A DNA stretch of 63,969 nucleotides, filler included, from Phoronis australis (GCA_002633005.1; 7 parts of 7 records of this genome joined end to end with filler, not necessarily neighbours in it); one strand, 5' to 3'. Shown: positions 36,531 through 50,956, counted from the whole stretch's first letter. Numbers and translations are program-made. Notes: generated by a model not told the origin, from the letters alone.

Positions 36531-36995
36531 CCATCCAGCTAGATCATCATCAAATCTTTAATGGATTAGAATTAAGTGCTTTGGTTGAATGCAGTGGCAC
36601 TCGATAGATTTTGTTACAGTAATCTTCTTGTAAAATTTATTACAAGTAATATTTAAAATTGACTTTGGATGACCTCGCTATATTACACTGTGCGCGGGTT
36701 GATGCGTGCCGGTTTCAATTTTCACTACACTTTCGAAAACCATCTCAACACGGTAAGCTAATTCGTGCGCGTATTAGATTTACGATTATACGAAATTGAA
36801 TGCAAATTTCACCTGAACGCTTTTGCATTTTATTTTCATCTGTGCCATCCACTTATCTTGCCATGATTTTTTAATGTACAGCCCTCCATACTCTAATATT
36901 TTCATTCTGTCAAGATTTCCAAACACCATAATCAAACCAGCCGTAAACATTTGCTGGGGATGGTCTGTACTCTGAATCATGCATGCATCTTGACT

Positions 36996-37580
36996 AATCT
37001 CGCTGGTTCCCTGCGTGCCGCTAGGTGGGGCGGTAGCCGTACCAGCAGGCAGGTATCACTTAATTTTCCTCGGGAAGTTTTTTTACTCGGGCGTTTCTGA
37101 TTGGCTAGTCGAATTCTCAACAGGCAACGTTTTACACAAACAAACTGGCATGACTGATGGACTGAAGTGTAAATTTGGTCTGTTGTACAGACAAATTGAT
37201 GCTTAAAATTTCTGTTCAGGAAATGTGAAGCCTAGAAATTGTGATTGCGCCTTTTCGGAATGCATTTTTCTACTGTCGATGACTTTTGTTTACCATAGTG
37301 TCCTGTATTCATACAGTATGAATAACACACCGGTTAAATCAGCCAGTGTTTATTGTACATGTATGTGCTTCAAACACACGAATATTAAACATCACTGTAG
37401 AAACGAAATAGTTGCTGCGACGCCACTTGCATGACAAGGCTTCCCAGTCCGCCATTTTTTCACGGTGTTGTAAAGCTAACCAATGACTGCCGAGGTTACA
37501 TCGACCAATGCTAAAGCCCGTGCCACTGCGTGATACCTGCGTGCTGGCTTAGTCTAAACACGCAAGGAACCAGCGAGATT
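36996..37580. mobile_element. Non-autonomous TIR element (585 bp)
   Basis: TIR AATCTCGCTGGTTCC(C/T)TGCGTG. Flanks are GACT and GATT, a possible 4-bp TSD with one mismatch. Confidence 0.7.
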
Positions 37581-37851
37581 GATTACTTAGTTGCAGAAAT
37601 ATTGCTATTTTCTCTAGGTCCTGAAGTGTTAAAATCCTGAAATCTGTTAGGACATTTTGAGAATCAGCCAGACAAAATTCACCACTGGAGGAAGGGTTTA
37701 TAAAGGATTCCATAACTGGAAGTTCAAATTTTCCAAAAATGCAGACTGAACACGCCTTGTTCTGCTAGCATTGATGGTGCATTGGTTCTCCAGTGGCTGT
37801 GGCACCATGCACTGGTGTATACACCAATCTAATAGGAGAGTAGGCATAAAC

Positions 37852-38990
37852 CTTTTTATGCGCCCACATTTTTATATGTTGACGCATTATGCTGTCATCT
37901 CCGTCCGTCCAGCATCCGGCCGGCGTCTGCTGTTCTATCTCCAAAACCCTTTTACGTACGTTCATGAAATTTGGCATATATGTTCCGTTCCTGGATGGGA
38001 CAGCATAATCGAACTTTTGGATGGTCCGACTCAATTGGTGTGTCCCTTTAAGTGGCAATTTTAGTTTTTTACAATTACCTCTATGTTTTCAAAGGTCCTA
38101 ATTTCATAAAATTTGGCATATGGGCGTCTGTTAGTGAGATGATGCTATCCTTTTGTTTTTGGATGGATTCAACGAAGGTTGCTCCACCTTTAAGTGGCCA
38201 TTTTTGCTGATATTGAGTCTGATGTTTGGCGTCCACCCCTCTATCAAACAAACTGCTCTAGGGATGATTGTGAAAATTGGCATGTATGTTCTTAATATGA
38301 AGAGGAATGCTAACAATGATTTTCCAATGATTTCGTGTACTGTGGCGCCTCCTAGTGGCACTTTTTACGCCTGTTGATGTATCTCCTCCATTAGCAGGAT
38401 CTTTAATAAAAAATTAACAAGTGTATTTATATGATGTTGACAATGAATGACGTTGACTTTCAGACACATCTGACTATCGTTGTGCCCCTAGTGGCTATTT
38501 CATTTTTTTCTAAGGTCCTCAACATATTGTCATAAAATCTGGCGTATAGGCATCTAGTGAGATGGCGCTATCATCTCGTTTTCGGATGGATTTGACATAG
38601 TTTGCGCCACCTAGTGGCCATTATTTACTGTTTTCAGTCTGTTTTTGGCCTCCACCCCTCTATCAACCAAACAGCTATAAGGATGATTTTGAAAATTGGC
38701 ATGTATGTTCTTACTACGAAGCTGACAATGATTTTCTGACAACCTCAACTACTATGGCGCTTCCTAGTGGCAGATTTGTTTTTTTGCGCCCACATGTATC
38801 TTCTAAACTGTTTGCAGGATCTTTGCTAAATTTAGCAAGGGTATATATATTATGTTCACAACAGGTGACAATAACTTTCGGACGGATCTGACTGACAGTG
38901 TGCCCCCTAGTGGCAATTGTAGTTTTTAGGTTTACCTCTGTATCTTAAAGGTCCTCAACAGATTTTCAGAAAATTTGGAATATAGCCATT
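37852..38990 (+). mobile_element. DINE-1/HINE-like (Helentron-associated) element with internal tandem repeats
   Basis: Begins TTTTTATGCG...CGCAT (short inverted repeat), then a CCGTCCGTCC tract, then long imperfect tandem units carrying GCGCCNCCTAGTGG and AAATTTGGCA. Confidence 0.55.
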
Positions 38991-39350
38991 TATTGGTGAG
39001 ATGAAAATGTGTGGGGGGCTTATAGGGGCATGGGTGCTTATAAGGGCAAATATGGTATTAATATTCATCTGCAGAGCTGCAATCATCTTGCACCGTGTCA
39101 ATTATAAGTCTAAACGCGAAACTGGTACAAGGCGGAAAGGATCATCTCTACTGAGCTTGTGCAATGACCTATGTATGGGTTCTTTGTCTCTGCAACTCTC
39201 GTCATTTGTAAACCTGCGCATGTGCGATCCAGTCTCTCCAGCCTTTAATTTCCGTCTTGCCACGGTTAGTGAGTTGTGTGTGTAAACGGCCGCTTGACAT
39301 TGGTCAAGTTGCTCCGTGTCAGTTTCGCCGGGCCAAAAGTTGATGTCTAA

Positions 39351-39684
39351 AGCCTTGGTCACAACCCGCCGTACGTGCAAGTGCGTGCTGTCTACGTGTA
39401 AAAACGTGGGGGAAATTTGGCGATCCGTACGTGGCAAGTACGGCCTCCGTGCGTTTTGGTGAATACGCAGGAGAACGCAGACACGACGTAGCACTTTTAG
39501 TGCATGCAGAACTTTCTCTGCGTGCAAGCTGCGTTCGCATTTACAGATTCACGGCAGTACGTGTGACGTACGTCCTCCCTGCGCTTGCCACTCCCTACTC
39601 ACGTTTTCAGAAAAACGTGGTGCCCGTGGCGTCCGCAGAAAACGTACGAACAATAAACACGCACGGCGGGTTGTGACCATAGCT
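39351..39684. mobile_element. PIF/Harbinger-type MITE (334 bp)
   Basis: TIR AGC(CT/TA)TGGTCACAACCCGCCGT, with TAA on both flanks (39348-39350 and 39685-39687). Confidence 0.85.
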
Positions 39685-41394
39685 TAAACAGGACCATATT
39701 TTGTTAGTCTAGTCTACTGTTACTCCCCTGTAACTGACTATGTGTATCATTACTTGTTGGACCTAGCAAAGTGACCACTGTTTTTTCTTCTGATGGTGGT
39801 GTTTCAATAAACGCTGAAACTTGTCAAGCCAGTTTAAATCCATTGCTTTTATTAACAAATTGTGTGGTATCCTTTTAAACTCTTTTAGGCCTTGGGGTAA
39901 CATAACAGCAAATGTTAGTATATGAGTTGTCTCATGATACCTTCAATAGAAAAATATTAGCTGAAAAAGTTGGGTTAAACTTTTGGTGATCCTATTGAAA
40001 GAGTGTTTGTAATATTTACATAAGGGCAAGTTATGCAACTATATCTATCGGATAACATTTGAGGTTGTATTATGAAATGTGTTTGTAAAATGAGCTCTTC
40101 TCATTGGTCTTACTTTCTCGTTTTTTGAGAATATCCTATGGTAAATTTTAACCCAATTGAGTACATAATATGGGCGACGCTTGAAATTTTATTCTATCAA
40201 ATCTGTCCTTAGAAATAAGTGTTGTTTGTATTTCATCGCTAGCGTGGGTTGTCTATATAAAATTCATAAAACATTTGGTAATGTTCCCATTGTTTGCAGT
40301 GAGGTAATCGGCTTTTCAAATATGGAAAAATGCTATTTTTGTCTAACAGAAGTGGAGAATTACCCTTGTTTGGCACCTTGCTTAAGAATTATTGGTTTTG
40401 TGTGTTCCAGTTAGAAAAATCTATAGGAAAGAATTCAGGTCATGTGCTAGTGACTGGCTAACTCGCACTACTGGGAGAAATAAGTTTAATGGGATTATTT
40501 GCTGTTCACATATCCTGTGGCATATGTACAGATGAGGAACACCATCAAAGAACATGCCATTGGGATATTCACTTGTTAACCAAGGTTCTCTGTCATTGTA
40601 AATCATTGATGAGGCAGTTGCATTGGACTCGTGGCTGTGCTGAGTTGTGATGAGTGCCAACAATAGATTGTTAAGCCTGTCGAAAGGGGAAACAATATTA
40701 AAAACTGACCTTTTGATGGAGTCTCAAAAGAATCCCCTGACCAACGGACACAGAGTGCCCAAGGACATGGATGACTTGATCAGCACCAGCTTGTTTTTTA
40801 CGTTTTCATGTAAGTGATTACCCTACCAGAGAATAGTTTTTAAGAAATTTGTGACAGCTCGTTGTCAATCCAATACTAGAGACATATGCTTATCAACACT
40901 ACGAAAGTCTAAAGAAATCTACTTGCTCGGACTTTCCTGAAGCAGATCATTCATATTTTAAAAAGACTGAGCTACGGTATGTTTCTTTTCAAGCTGTTTT
41001 CACTTACCGGTATCCTCATTTCAAGGTATTTCCCTGTGCCATGTAAGTTTTTACTCGTTGGTGAAAGGTAAATTAGTTATTCCGATGTTAAGTTCATATT
41101 TTGCGAACTTTTTTGCCAAGTCTGCTGTTCTAAAATCATGTCAGAATCTTTGATAGGGACCTACTTATCAATTGATAGGAAGCTGTAGTTCAAATAATTG
41201 CAGCGACCCTATTCTACTTTTTCTTTTACTCTTAAGGAGGTGCTAAAGTATGTTAGTGCAAAGAAAGATGAAATGGTGACATGTACAGTTAAATGATATT
41301 TAAGACATCAGCGTTTCAAGCAAATTCAAATATTTCAAGCTACCTCTGCACCACGGATAAAGACTTCATCAAAGTTCTCAACTTCGGAGACGCG

Positions 41395-44177
41395 AAACGC
41401 ATTTTAACTAATTCAGCTATTCCCACTAATCGCTGCGCTATCTGGTGGCTGGTACATAACGTACGTGACGTCAGCACAAGGCTCATCAGGCTCAAAATTT
41501 GAGAGACACAGAACAAGCATTTCAACTTATTCAACTATTCCAACTAATCGATACGCCATCTGTGTGCTGGTAGATAAGGTACATTACATCATCAAAAGGC
41601 TCACAATTTTAGAGACACCAAACACGTATTTCAACTAATTCAACTATTCCACTAATCGCTGCGCCATCTGCGGGAATTCACTGAATAACGGCTAGATAAA
41701 ATTAAGTAGACCAAGCATTAAGTTTCAACTGAACATTCAACTATTCCCGCTAATCGTTGCGCCTCTTGTGGGCGGTAGATAACGACATGACATCATAAAC
41801 ATGCTCACAATTGACCTATCGCCAGGATTTTGAGTGACGGCTTAACTGACCAATCAGAACGCAGAATTTTTGACACACCTTCATTTCCAAGCTGCCATTT
41901 TACCCAACAAACAACACGTCAGGTAAAATTTATTGTTTGTTTGTGGACTGATCACAAGGGGGCAAAGCTTGCGATAGGTCAATTTTAGGGAGTCCGGCAA
42001 ATACGCATTTCAACTAATTCAACTGTTCCCACTAGTAGGTGCGCCACCTGCAGGGATGGCTGATAACAAACATGCCGTCAGCAACAGGCTCACAACTTGA
42101 GAGACACAGAACACACATTTCAACTAATTTAACTATTCCCACTAATCGCTACGCCACCTGCAGGCAGACAGATAATGTACAGTGTTCCCCCTGGGTTTTG
42201 AAAGGAGCGTGGTGGTGAATGGCCAAAACGGGGTGCAAATCCCGTTGCCGCACGCGAATATGAGAAGTGGGATCCCCCTATTGCATGGGTTTTGAAAGGA
42301 GTGTGGTGGTGAATGCGCGATGCAGATGCTGAACCCGGCGTCACATGCGAGCGTGGGATGAAGTGAGATCCTCCCATCGCGCGGGGGACACTTCGCAAGA
42401 CAAATTGGCAATGAAGTGTCTGGCTTAGTGTGATCTCTGTCGCACTTGAGTACAAAAAAACTGTGTTAAAATTCAATTATCCACTAAGTGACATACATAG
42501 AACAAAAAATATTTGAACTTTGGAGACGTAGTAAACTAATTCATGTAACAAAACTTCCGTTGGTATCGTCTTGTTAAACATAAATCATTGATCGTGGATT
42601 GGCATTGGCCGGCGTAGCAGACGATGTATAATGCAGACGAATCGGAGACTAGTTAACATTCAATATCGTCATTTTGGCGCAGGGCTATGGTTAATTGAAC
42701 AGTTGGATGTCACGCCCTGCAGTATAATTCACATCGTCTTTTGTAAACTCGGACACGATGAAATAAATGAAGCAGAAATCTTACTATTTTTTACTTCACT
42801 AGCAAGCCATGGCGCTTTCCCATTTCAGAAAATTCGTATCGAGGTTGTTTCCTGGTCCCTGGCTGTATTAAGTTTATATGCATTGGCGAATAAGCAGGCA
42901 GAAACGAGGTACAAAAGGGGATTGGGGATTGAATGGTTGTGGTTAATGGGGACACAATTCAAGATCCCAATTTAAAATTATTGTTTTTCCCTTTCGATCC
43001 ACAAACGGCGAAAGGTGCCGTGTGACTTGTGCTTATTCATTATTACTAGCGATCATTTTTACTAGCGTTCATTTTTACTTGCGGTTCATTTTACGAGCGA
43101 TAATTTTACCAGCGATCATTTTTACTGGCGATCATTTTTACTAGCGATCATTTTTACTAGCGATCATTTTTACTAGCGATTTTTGTGTGGCAGTGAAGTT
43201 TCCCTGTCACAATTAGGTGTATGGCGGTCAATTTGAGAATGATTTACGAGTGGTGGGGCGAAAAAGGAGCGTGGCCGGCCACTCAGAAGTTTACACGTAG
43301 GGAAAACCCTGATGTACATTATGCCAGCAAAAGGCTCACCAGACTCACAACTTGAGAGGCACTGAACAAGCATTTCAACTTACTATTCCCACTAATCACT
43401 GCGCCACCTGCAGTTACGGCTGATAACAAACATGATGTCAGCAACAGGCTCTTAACTTGAGAGACACAGAACAGGCATTTCAACTTATTCAACTATTCCC
43501 ACTTATCGCTGCGCCACCTGCAGGGATGCCTGATAACAAATATGACGCCAGCACAAGGCTCACCAGGCTAACAACTTGAAAGATACTGAACAAGCATTTC
43601 AACTAATTCAACGATTCCCACTAATCGCCGCACCACCTCTGGGAATTAACTGAATAATGGGGAGATAAAAGTTAGATGAAGTGAGAACACACATTTCAAC
43701 TATTCCCACTAATGGATACGCCACCTGTGGGCTGGTAGATAAGGTACATGACGTCGGCAAAAGGCTCACAACGGGTAGATAAAAGTAGTTAGATCAAGTA
43801 GAACATGCATTTCAACTATTCCCACTAATCACTGGTCCACCTGCAAGGACTGGCTGATAACAAAAATGACGTCAGCTGAGCAGGCTCACAATTTGAGAGA
43901 CACAGAACATGCTTTTCAACTGATTTAACCATTCCCACTAATCGCTGCACCACCTGCAGGCAGATAGAGAAGTTGACGTACATGACGCCAGTACAAGGCT
44001 TACCGGGCTCAAAACTTGAGAGACACAGAACATTAGCATTTCAACTAATCGATACGCCATCTGTATGCTGGTAGATAAGGTACATGATGTCATCAACAGG
44101 CTCACAATTTGAGAGACACCAAACACGCATTTCAACTAATTCAACTATTCCCACTAATCGCTCTGCCACCTGCAGGC
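41395..44177. repeat. Complex satellite array (~60-125-bp related units), interrupted by a TIR element
   Basis: Recurrent CATTTCAACTATTCCCACTAATCGCTGCGCCACCTG...AGGCTCACAA(C/T)TTGAGAGACACAGAAC. Confidence 0.85.
42180..43311. mobile_element. Non-autonomous hAT-like element with 5-bp TSD
   Basis: Termini CAGTGTTCCCCCT and AGGGAAAACCCTG. ATGTA is duplicated at 42175-42179 and 43312-43316. Removing the element restores a satellite unit. Contains an ACTAGCGATCATTTTT repeat at 43046-43183. Confidence 0.75.
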
Positions 44178-46631
44178 AAGTCAGCGACTCTCAGGTCTTT
44201 CTTTCTCGAAATGCCAGTGCTACTTCAGATAGCGCTACAATTGGTAGAATTAGTTGAATCAGTTGAGTAGCTCATAGACCAGCAGCCCAGAGCACTTAGC
44301 ATAGATGAACGAGGTACCAACATCTGACCACGGGAGCATTTAAAGTCCACCCCAGTATGTACAGAAATGGACGTCTGCCGTTGTCTGCACTCTGGGTGTG
44401 ACCCCTGGGGGCCTTACAAAGAGCCCAAAAAATGAGCTAGACTAGATATTCGAGGTACCAACCAAAACTGATTTAAAACGAACAATAGTACCGCACTGAA
44501 CACCAAATGACCCATGACAGACAAATTGCACTCTGGAATGGGTCCGGCAGAAACCAAAAAAGGACCCCCCAAAAATGAGCTAGCACATACATTCGAGGTA
44601 CCACACAAAACCAATTCCATATGATTCAATACATGTCACAGATCACGAAAACCCCTATGACAGACAAAATACACTCTGGGTTGTGCCCGGCAGAAACCCC
44701 CAAAAATCTCAACCANNNNNNNNNNNNNNNNNNNNNNNNNNNNNNNNNNNNNNNNNNNNTTAATTAATTAANNNNNNNNNNNNNNNNNNNNNNNNNNNNN
44801 NNNNNNNNNNNNNNNGTTGCAAATAATATGCGACCCTTTGAATTGGCAAAGGAATCGATTTAATGATACAGTCAAAAGCCATATTGCAATTTAACTAAGA
44901 CATTATTGACATGAACACTTACTAGATCATTTCAATTTCGCCATAAATTCTCAGATAAATACTTGTTTCTTGCATTGCAGAGCATTGCTACCAGAACAGT
45001 TATATGAGCATTACATTATTAACATTGAAAGATAGTTGTATGCTAGTAACCACACTCCATCATCACAGTTGTAGTAAACACTTCCACGTTAGACAATAAA
45101 AGAAATTTTGTCAATGTCGGGCTCCGGTGTGACATTACAAGCGAGTCATGCATGGCAGTTATACATGATAAATGTAACTCAAGTCTTCCTATGGAATGGA
45201 CACTAAAGATGGAACATGGCAAATTTCAAATGAGTTTCGAAGTTCTCATAACCCGACAAACTATTAACCGTATTTTATCCAATCACCCCATTTGGCTTAA
45301 TTTCTTACACCATCTTGTAAATAATCTGGTGACTGCAGAATAAAATGAATTTCGTGTAGAAGTAGTGAGGTTGTCTTGCCTTCATGGTTCAAGTACATGT
45401 TCTTGTGAAGCAGCAGACCACTGCATACTATTAATTTCGCATTACCAAGTATTTAACAATGAGCGGTTGCTTGATGAAGATATTCTATCTCAAATGAGGT
45501 CAACACTCCAAACAATGGTACACGTCATTTGAATTGTCATTTTTATCATAATTGCACACTAAACGTTTTCACTACTGAATCATATTGCTTAACTGCTATT
45601 GGTAAAAGGTAATGAAGCCCTCGTAAAGAAATCAAAATGTGTCACATGCAGTTTAATTTCAAATTTTAAGACACAATGCCCTTCGTCCAATGAAACATGA
45701 CGGCTAAATTTTAGTGGACTAATTGACTGGTGGCTTAATGGTTCAACTCAATTTTACATCTGGAATGACACATTACTATCGAAATAGGTTTAGGCTCCTG
45801 TGAAGACGCAGTGTAGAAAATTAATCATAACAGTGCTGCAACACCATGATTAGCCAGCTGCCCTATACATTCAACAAAGTCCATGAATGAATGGAAAAAC
45901 ATTCCGTCATTCAGAAGGACCATCAAGAACAATTCTGAAATATTTACCTTGGAATACTTATTGAAAACAGCAAAGAATGAGAAAAAACTTTCATAACATT
46001 ATATAAATACTGCATTCACCATTATAAGCACCCATGCCTTAAAACATCCCCCAGTTTCTGTAACATTTCTGCCTGGCAAGACTAAGCATGACCTCTTCTT
46101 GACTTGTCACAGAACGAACACACTGTATTATACATTGTTGTGAACCAGCCTTCTTTAGACTATTCATTTCGCCCTCTACAGAAGAGTTAGCATCCCTCTT
46201 TGCTGCAGCTGAACACCACTGGGATACCTCAACGGAAACAAGTCGGGCAATCACTGAATGGCAGCTTAAGAATGGCAGCCTCCTTTGAATGGCGTATAAA
46301 AAGGTCTAAAAAGCACCGAGATTTGGTTCACACATATCACTATAAGACTGCTTTCATTCCACTTATTCTTTACTCAGATTAAAAGTTAATGTCTGCTCTT
46401 TTAAAGAAGAGACACTTAGTTATTGCTATGCTCAGTTCAACAACAAACTGTCGTTTCATTCTTGATCCACACAAGGCATGACTTGATAAAATGATGCACC
46501 AACGTAAGCCGCTCTATCTGGTCTCAAGCAGAAATGAACTTTTCATTCTTGCCTAGACCACAAATTAAATCGGAGTAAGGAAGAAACCAGGACTTGCCTC
46601 ATACTGGTATATCAAGTAACCTAAATGATAA

Positions 46632-47201
46632 GGGCTGTTCCAGTAAAATCTGTATGGGAGGGGGGGAAGGCACCTTTTTTTTGCACCCACCGCCCATATT
46701 TTTCATTTATTTCTTCAGCCTACCACCCGTAATTTTTTATAAGTTTGAAATGCAACCACCCGTAATTTTTTTTGTTCTTGTGGTTGACTGCACAGGCGCT
46801 TGAGTTTATCTGTTCCTCCATCACTAACGTCATTCATTACTAAGAAAACATATGTTTCTTATATATGGTAATATTAGCCATCGAGAAATTCGAGCACCTG
46901 TGGGTAAATGGTGTTATGGGCACGCCGATGAGGAGATCGGAGGGAGTGAAAAAGTCGGAGCTTTTTGCAAATTGCATTTTTGTTTCAGTTTTTGATTCTG
47001 TGCAGATTGTTTATAAAATTTCCTAAAATTACCCACCATCAAACATTTATGGCCCAATGAAACAACAACGACCTGTAAATTTTTATTTTTTGAAGTACGA
47101 CCACCAGCCATTTTGAATTTAAATCAAACGCAACCACCCATAAATTTTTATTTCAGTTGCCTTCCCCCACCCCTCCCACACAGATTTTGCTGGAACAGCC
47201 C
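46632..47201. mobile_element. PIF/Harbinger-type MITE (570 bp), followed by a duplicated right end (47264-47352)
   Basis: TIR GGGCTGTTCCAG(T/C)AAAATCTGT(A/G)TGGGAGGGG with TAA on both flanks. Confidence 0.85.
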
Positions 47202-49934
47202 TAATTAAGTTTTGTGAAAGGTGCAGTCAAAGTACCTTTGGAATTCAAAAAATGCCCAAGAAACCATTTGAATTTAAATCAAACGCAACCACCCATAAAT
47301 TTTTATTTCAGTTGCCTTCCCCCCTCCCACACAGATTTTGCTAGAACAGCCCNNNNNNNNNNNNNNNNNNNNNNNNNNNNNNNNNNNNNNNNNNNNTTAA
47401 TTAATTAANNNNNNNNNNNNNNNNNNNNNNNNNNNNNNNNNNNNNNNNNNNNTGCATGCCTCAGGGTCAAACCATGGCAACCGACAAAGGTGTGGGGCTG
47501 GGGAAAGACAAAAAAGAAAGACTTCGAATACTGATCAGAGCGAAAATTCAAGAGAACATTGACAACTCGGTATCAGTGTATGGCTTACCATTTGAGGGCC
47601 CTGGTCAGGACAATTGTTGTTAGGGTCTCCGTTTTTGCAGCATAGGTCGTCTAAGTGCCCTTGAAAATGTGCACTTAATCATTCATACATGTATTTCGAA
47701 AATTCGAGAAAATTTGTGAAGCAAAAGTTTTCGGAGCGTATTAATTCAGTCCAAGTTTTCCAGTGGTCCATAGGCGGTGCACTACAGGGGGGCTGAGGGG
47801 GCTTTAGCCCTCACTTTTTTCAGTACTGCGCCTTCTGTACACCTGGGGCATGACACTACCAACTACTCATGAGGGGAAGTTGAGATTCCAAATTCATCAA
47901 AAACACAAAACATTCGTGCACAGCACAGAAGCTGTCTTGTAAGAAATGGCGATGCGTAACTGAACTTAGTTGAAGCCTGAAGGCAAAAATTCGATCCATC
48001 ATCAGACCACTATATCGCAAAGAAGGACCCTAAACGATAACAGGGGTATTTCTTGAATGTCGGGCAGCTCTAAATGCTTTATTGAATTAAAAACTAGACT
48101 AATGAAATTCAAAAATTTACAAACCGTAGATCAATAAAGAAGTTCAAGTCATTGCTCATAAATTTGGAAAGATTGTCTTTGCACTTCCTTGATGCTTGTA
48201 GTTCCCAGTATTGTGCAATGAATTTAGGTTCTTCTAGACCGAATCCTTTGCTTGCCATTCCCGTGCACACTGCAAAGGCTGGACACGTTGTGACTCAGTG
48301 ACGCACCCACGTTAAAAATAAGGTGTAGTCATGCAGTAGAATCCGCGCACAGTGACTGACGGGGAAAGAACTTGAACTGCACTGAGGGGTTGAAGTGTGT
48401 GCATTTTTGCGACACGCGTTCATTTTCCCAGCCGCCCTGCAGAAGCTGGACCAGTGGCCGTGTTTCAACAAGGAATTTTGATACAGCTCTATAGGCCAAG
48501 GATTTCGGGATCATATCTTTCCAAAAAATCTTCAGGAAATGACCGTATTAAAATGAACTTTTCCCGAAACTGGGTCAAAAAACGACCTTGGAGCCAGAAC
48601 ACGGGTATAGGTTCGAGTTAAGCCGCACGTCTCAAATGAATCATAGCGGAGCTGACCAGCGACTAGCATTAGTTCGTCGAATTGCGCATGAATCATAGCA
48701 GAGCTGACCAGCGACTAGCATTAGTTCGTCGAATTGCGCATGCATGGATCAGACTTCCCGGCGACGCCACGACACCGGCCACCGTGGCGGGAGCAGCTAA
48801 TTTCTTGACTAACACCTGCTTCTAAATCTGGATTTAAGCAAAATGACGAAGTCCACGCATACACACATGCAAACGTATCCAAATACAATTAAATGTATTT
48901 TCATGTGAAACCATTCAATGTCCTTTGAACATTGACTTGCATGATGAGTTCTTCATTTTCTTAGATCTGCCCAGTCAGATAGAACTGCGTTTCAAGTCAT
49001 TCACTATAAGGCACTCGAGGGTTCAAATTGGAAGCTCGCGCCGTATGACGTCGTATGACGTAGACGATGCGAGCCTCATTTGCATATATTAGTGACATCT
49101 GTTGGTTCAAAAAAGAGGATCGTGCCCGAGTACATGCCTGGGAAGAGGCATCTTTTGGAAGGGTAAAACAAGTCATGTTCAAAGCATCCCAGTGCCATTA
49201 ATATGAAGTCTTTGGGGACAAAAGTGGTGTCATTTTATGGCTAAAGAGTTAAGCTTTCAAACACAATGCTTGGATTTCAGACTACTTTAACATTTACTTT
49301 TGAAATCACCTTTGAAAATACGTTAAAATGCGCTAAAACAGTTGTCCCTTCCTGGTTATCTCTTCCTGGTGTTACTGAACTGCCAGTGTTTTGACTGGGT
49401 TTTGACTTTCTGGTCATGTGGACAGACTCTCTAAACAATATTACCCGTCACACATGCCTTTTTCAGATACATGCAGAAATGTGAGGTAGTGACTTATCAT
49501 CACAAACCAAAATATTTGTGATGACAGTTTTTTATTTTTGCCTCGTACAATTTCTAGTTGAATTTTGAGTTTCATAGTTGGACTCTGGTGGAGTTCACTG
49601 TCACATTTCATCACCCTTGCATTGTAATTTTGAAAACATTTTCCATTTATAATGTGTACTGTCTTATTGCAAAGATGTGTTCATTAAGTAATACAATGAA
49701 AAGACCACGTTTTGGTTGTGTACAGGTTGGAGTGGCAGGATTAGCAGACATGGGGTCTAATGTGCACTGTTTGTGTTCAGGAAGTGTACAGGTTGGAATG
49801 GCAGGATTAGCAGACGTGGGGTCTAATGTGCACTGTTTGTGTTCAGGAAGTGACCAAGTGATGCACAGTCTTGTTATCAAAGGACAAAAATAATGTGAAT
49901 GACTTTCTGTGAAGTCTCCCATAATGTCTTGCAG

Positions 49935-50096
49935 AGTGATCACATGTTGTTCAGCCCAACACAATGCTTTCTGCGCTACCTTCACGTACCTGACAATGAA
50001 GACATGTTGGTTGACCTCCGTCAGTGTGCCGTTGTCGTCATGTCACACATGGACAGATTGGTGGCGCCACACATGCCCCCCAAGGAGAACCACAAG
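49935..50096 (+). CDS. HERC2: E3 ubiquitin ligase HERC2, exon upstream of the first RCC1-like domain
   Basis: TTGCAG|SDHMLFSPTQCFLRYLHVPDNEDMLVDLRQCAVVVMSHMDRLVAPHMPPKENHK|GT. Compare human [43 protein letters not shown]. Confidence 0.92.
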
Positions 50097-50956
50097 GTCT
50101 GTTGCTATTGATGCACACTCCAACAACATGGGCTGCAGTGGATTGACTTTACCGGTTCTGCAGGTTCAACCGATTAATACACGTCATTTGATTGGTTTTT
50201 GAACACAACGGCTTACAAACCATTCAGGTATCTTGGCTGGTTGATTCGGCGGAACTGGCAAAGTCAATCAGTTGTTGCCAATATGTTTTACTTTCGTTGA
50301 TTGTTCATGTTGAAAATACCACTTTATCAGATAGAATTGTTGCTTGGTAACTGTGGATGCAACTGTACAGCCATAACTCTTATTGGTCATGTGTTTACAT
50401 TCAAAATCTGTTCATGTTTGGTTGATGTAATACTACAAATAGAACTATTTATACTGTCTGCTGCAGTCATTTATATTATTAGTTTTGAATATTACTATAG
50501 GGTTCTGAAGTACTCAGTTTTTAAAATATGTCATTTCTACAATTATTAGCACTTGCACTTACATGGGAAATTAACACTTGATATTGATTGAAAATGACAT
50601 GTGTTGAGACCAGACTACTAAGGGGAAAGTGAACAATAAGGGAGAAGTAATTTGAACAATTAGATGTGGTGGCTCATGTGCCCCGTGTCTTTATCAAGAC
50701 CAGAAACCGTCATTCTCATGAGTGTTGAAAAACAAGATTTCTTTAGATCTCCTTGTGTGGGTGTTAACAAGAGTCCCCATCAGCACGCAAACCATGAGGT
50801 TATCGCTGCTATGACCATGTGATGTAAAATGTTCTACCACCGGACGTGAGGAACCTTCCTGTCATGCAATTTAAGATACATTTATTATTGTAGAATTAGC
50901 TCTTCCATTATGAGATGTAAAAGCCTACAAATTAAGCAATAGTGATGTGGCTTTGG

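Noticed and set aside
41395-44177. CRISPR-like repeat/spacer appearance
   Set aside because: The intervening segments are homologous to each other, lengths are irregular, there are no cas genes and the context is eukaryotic.
47264-47352. Independent second MITE
   Set aside because: Only a duplicated right end abutting a linker; probably a local duplication or assembly redundancy.
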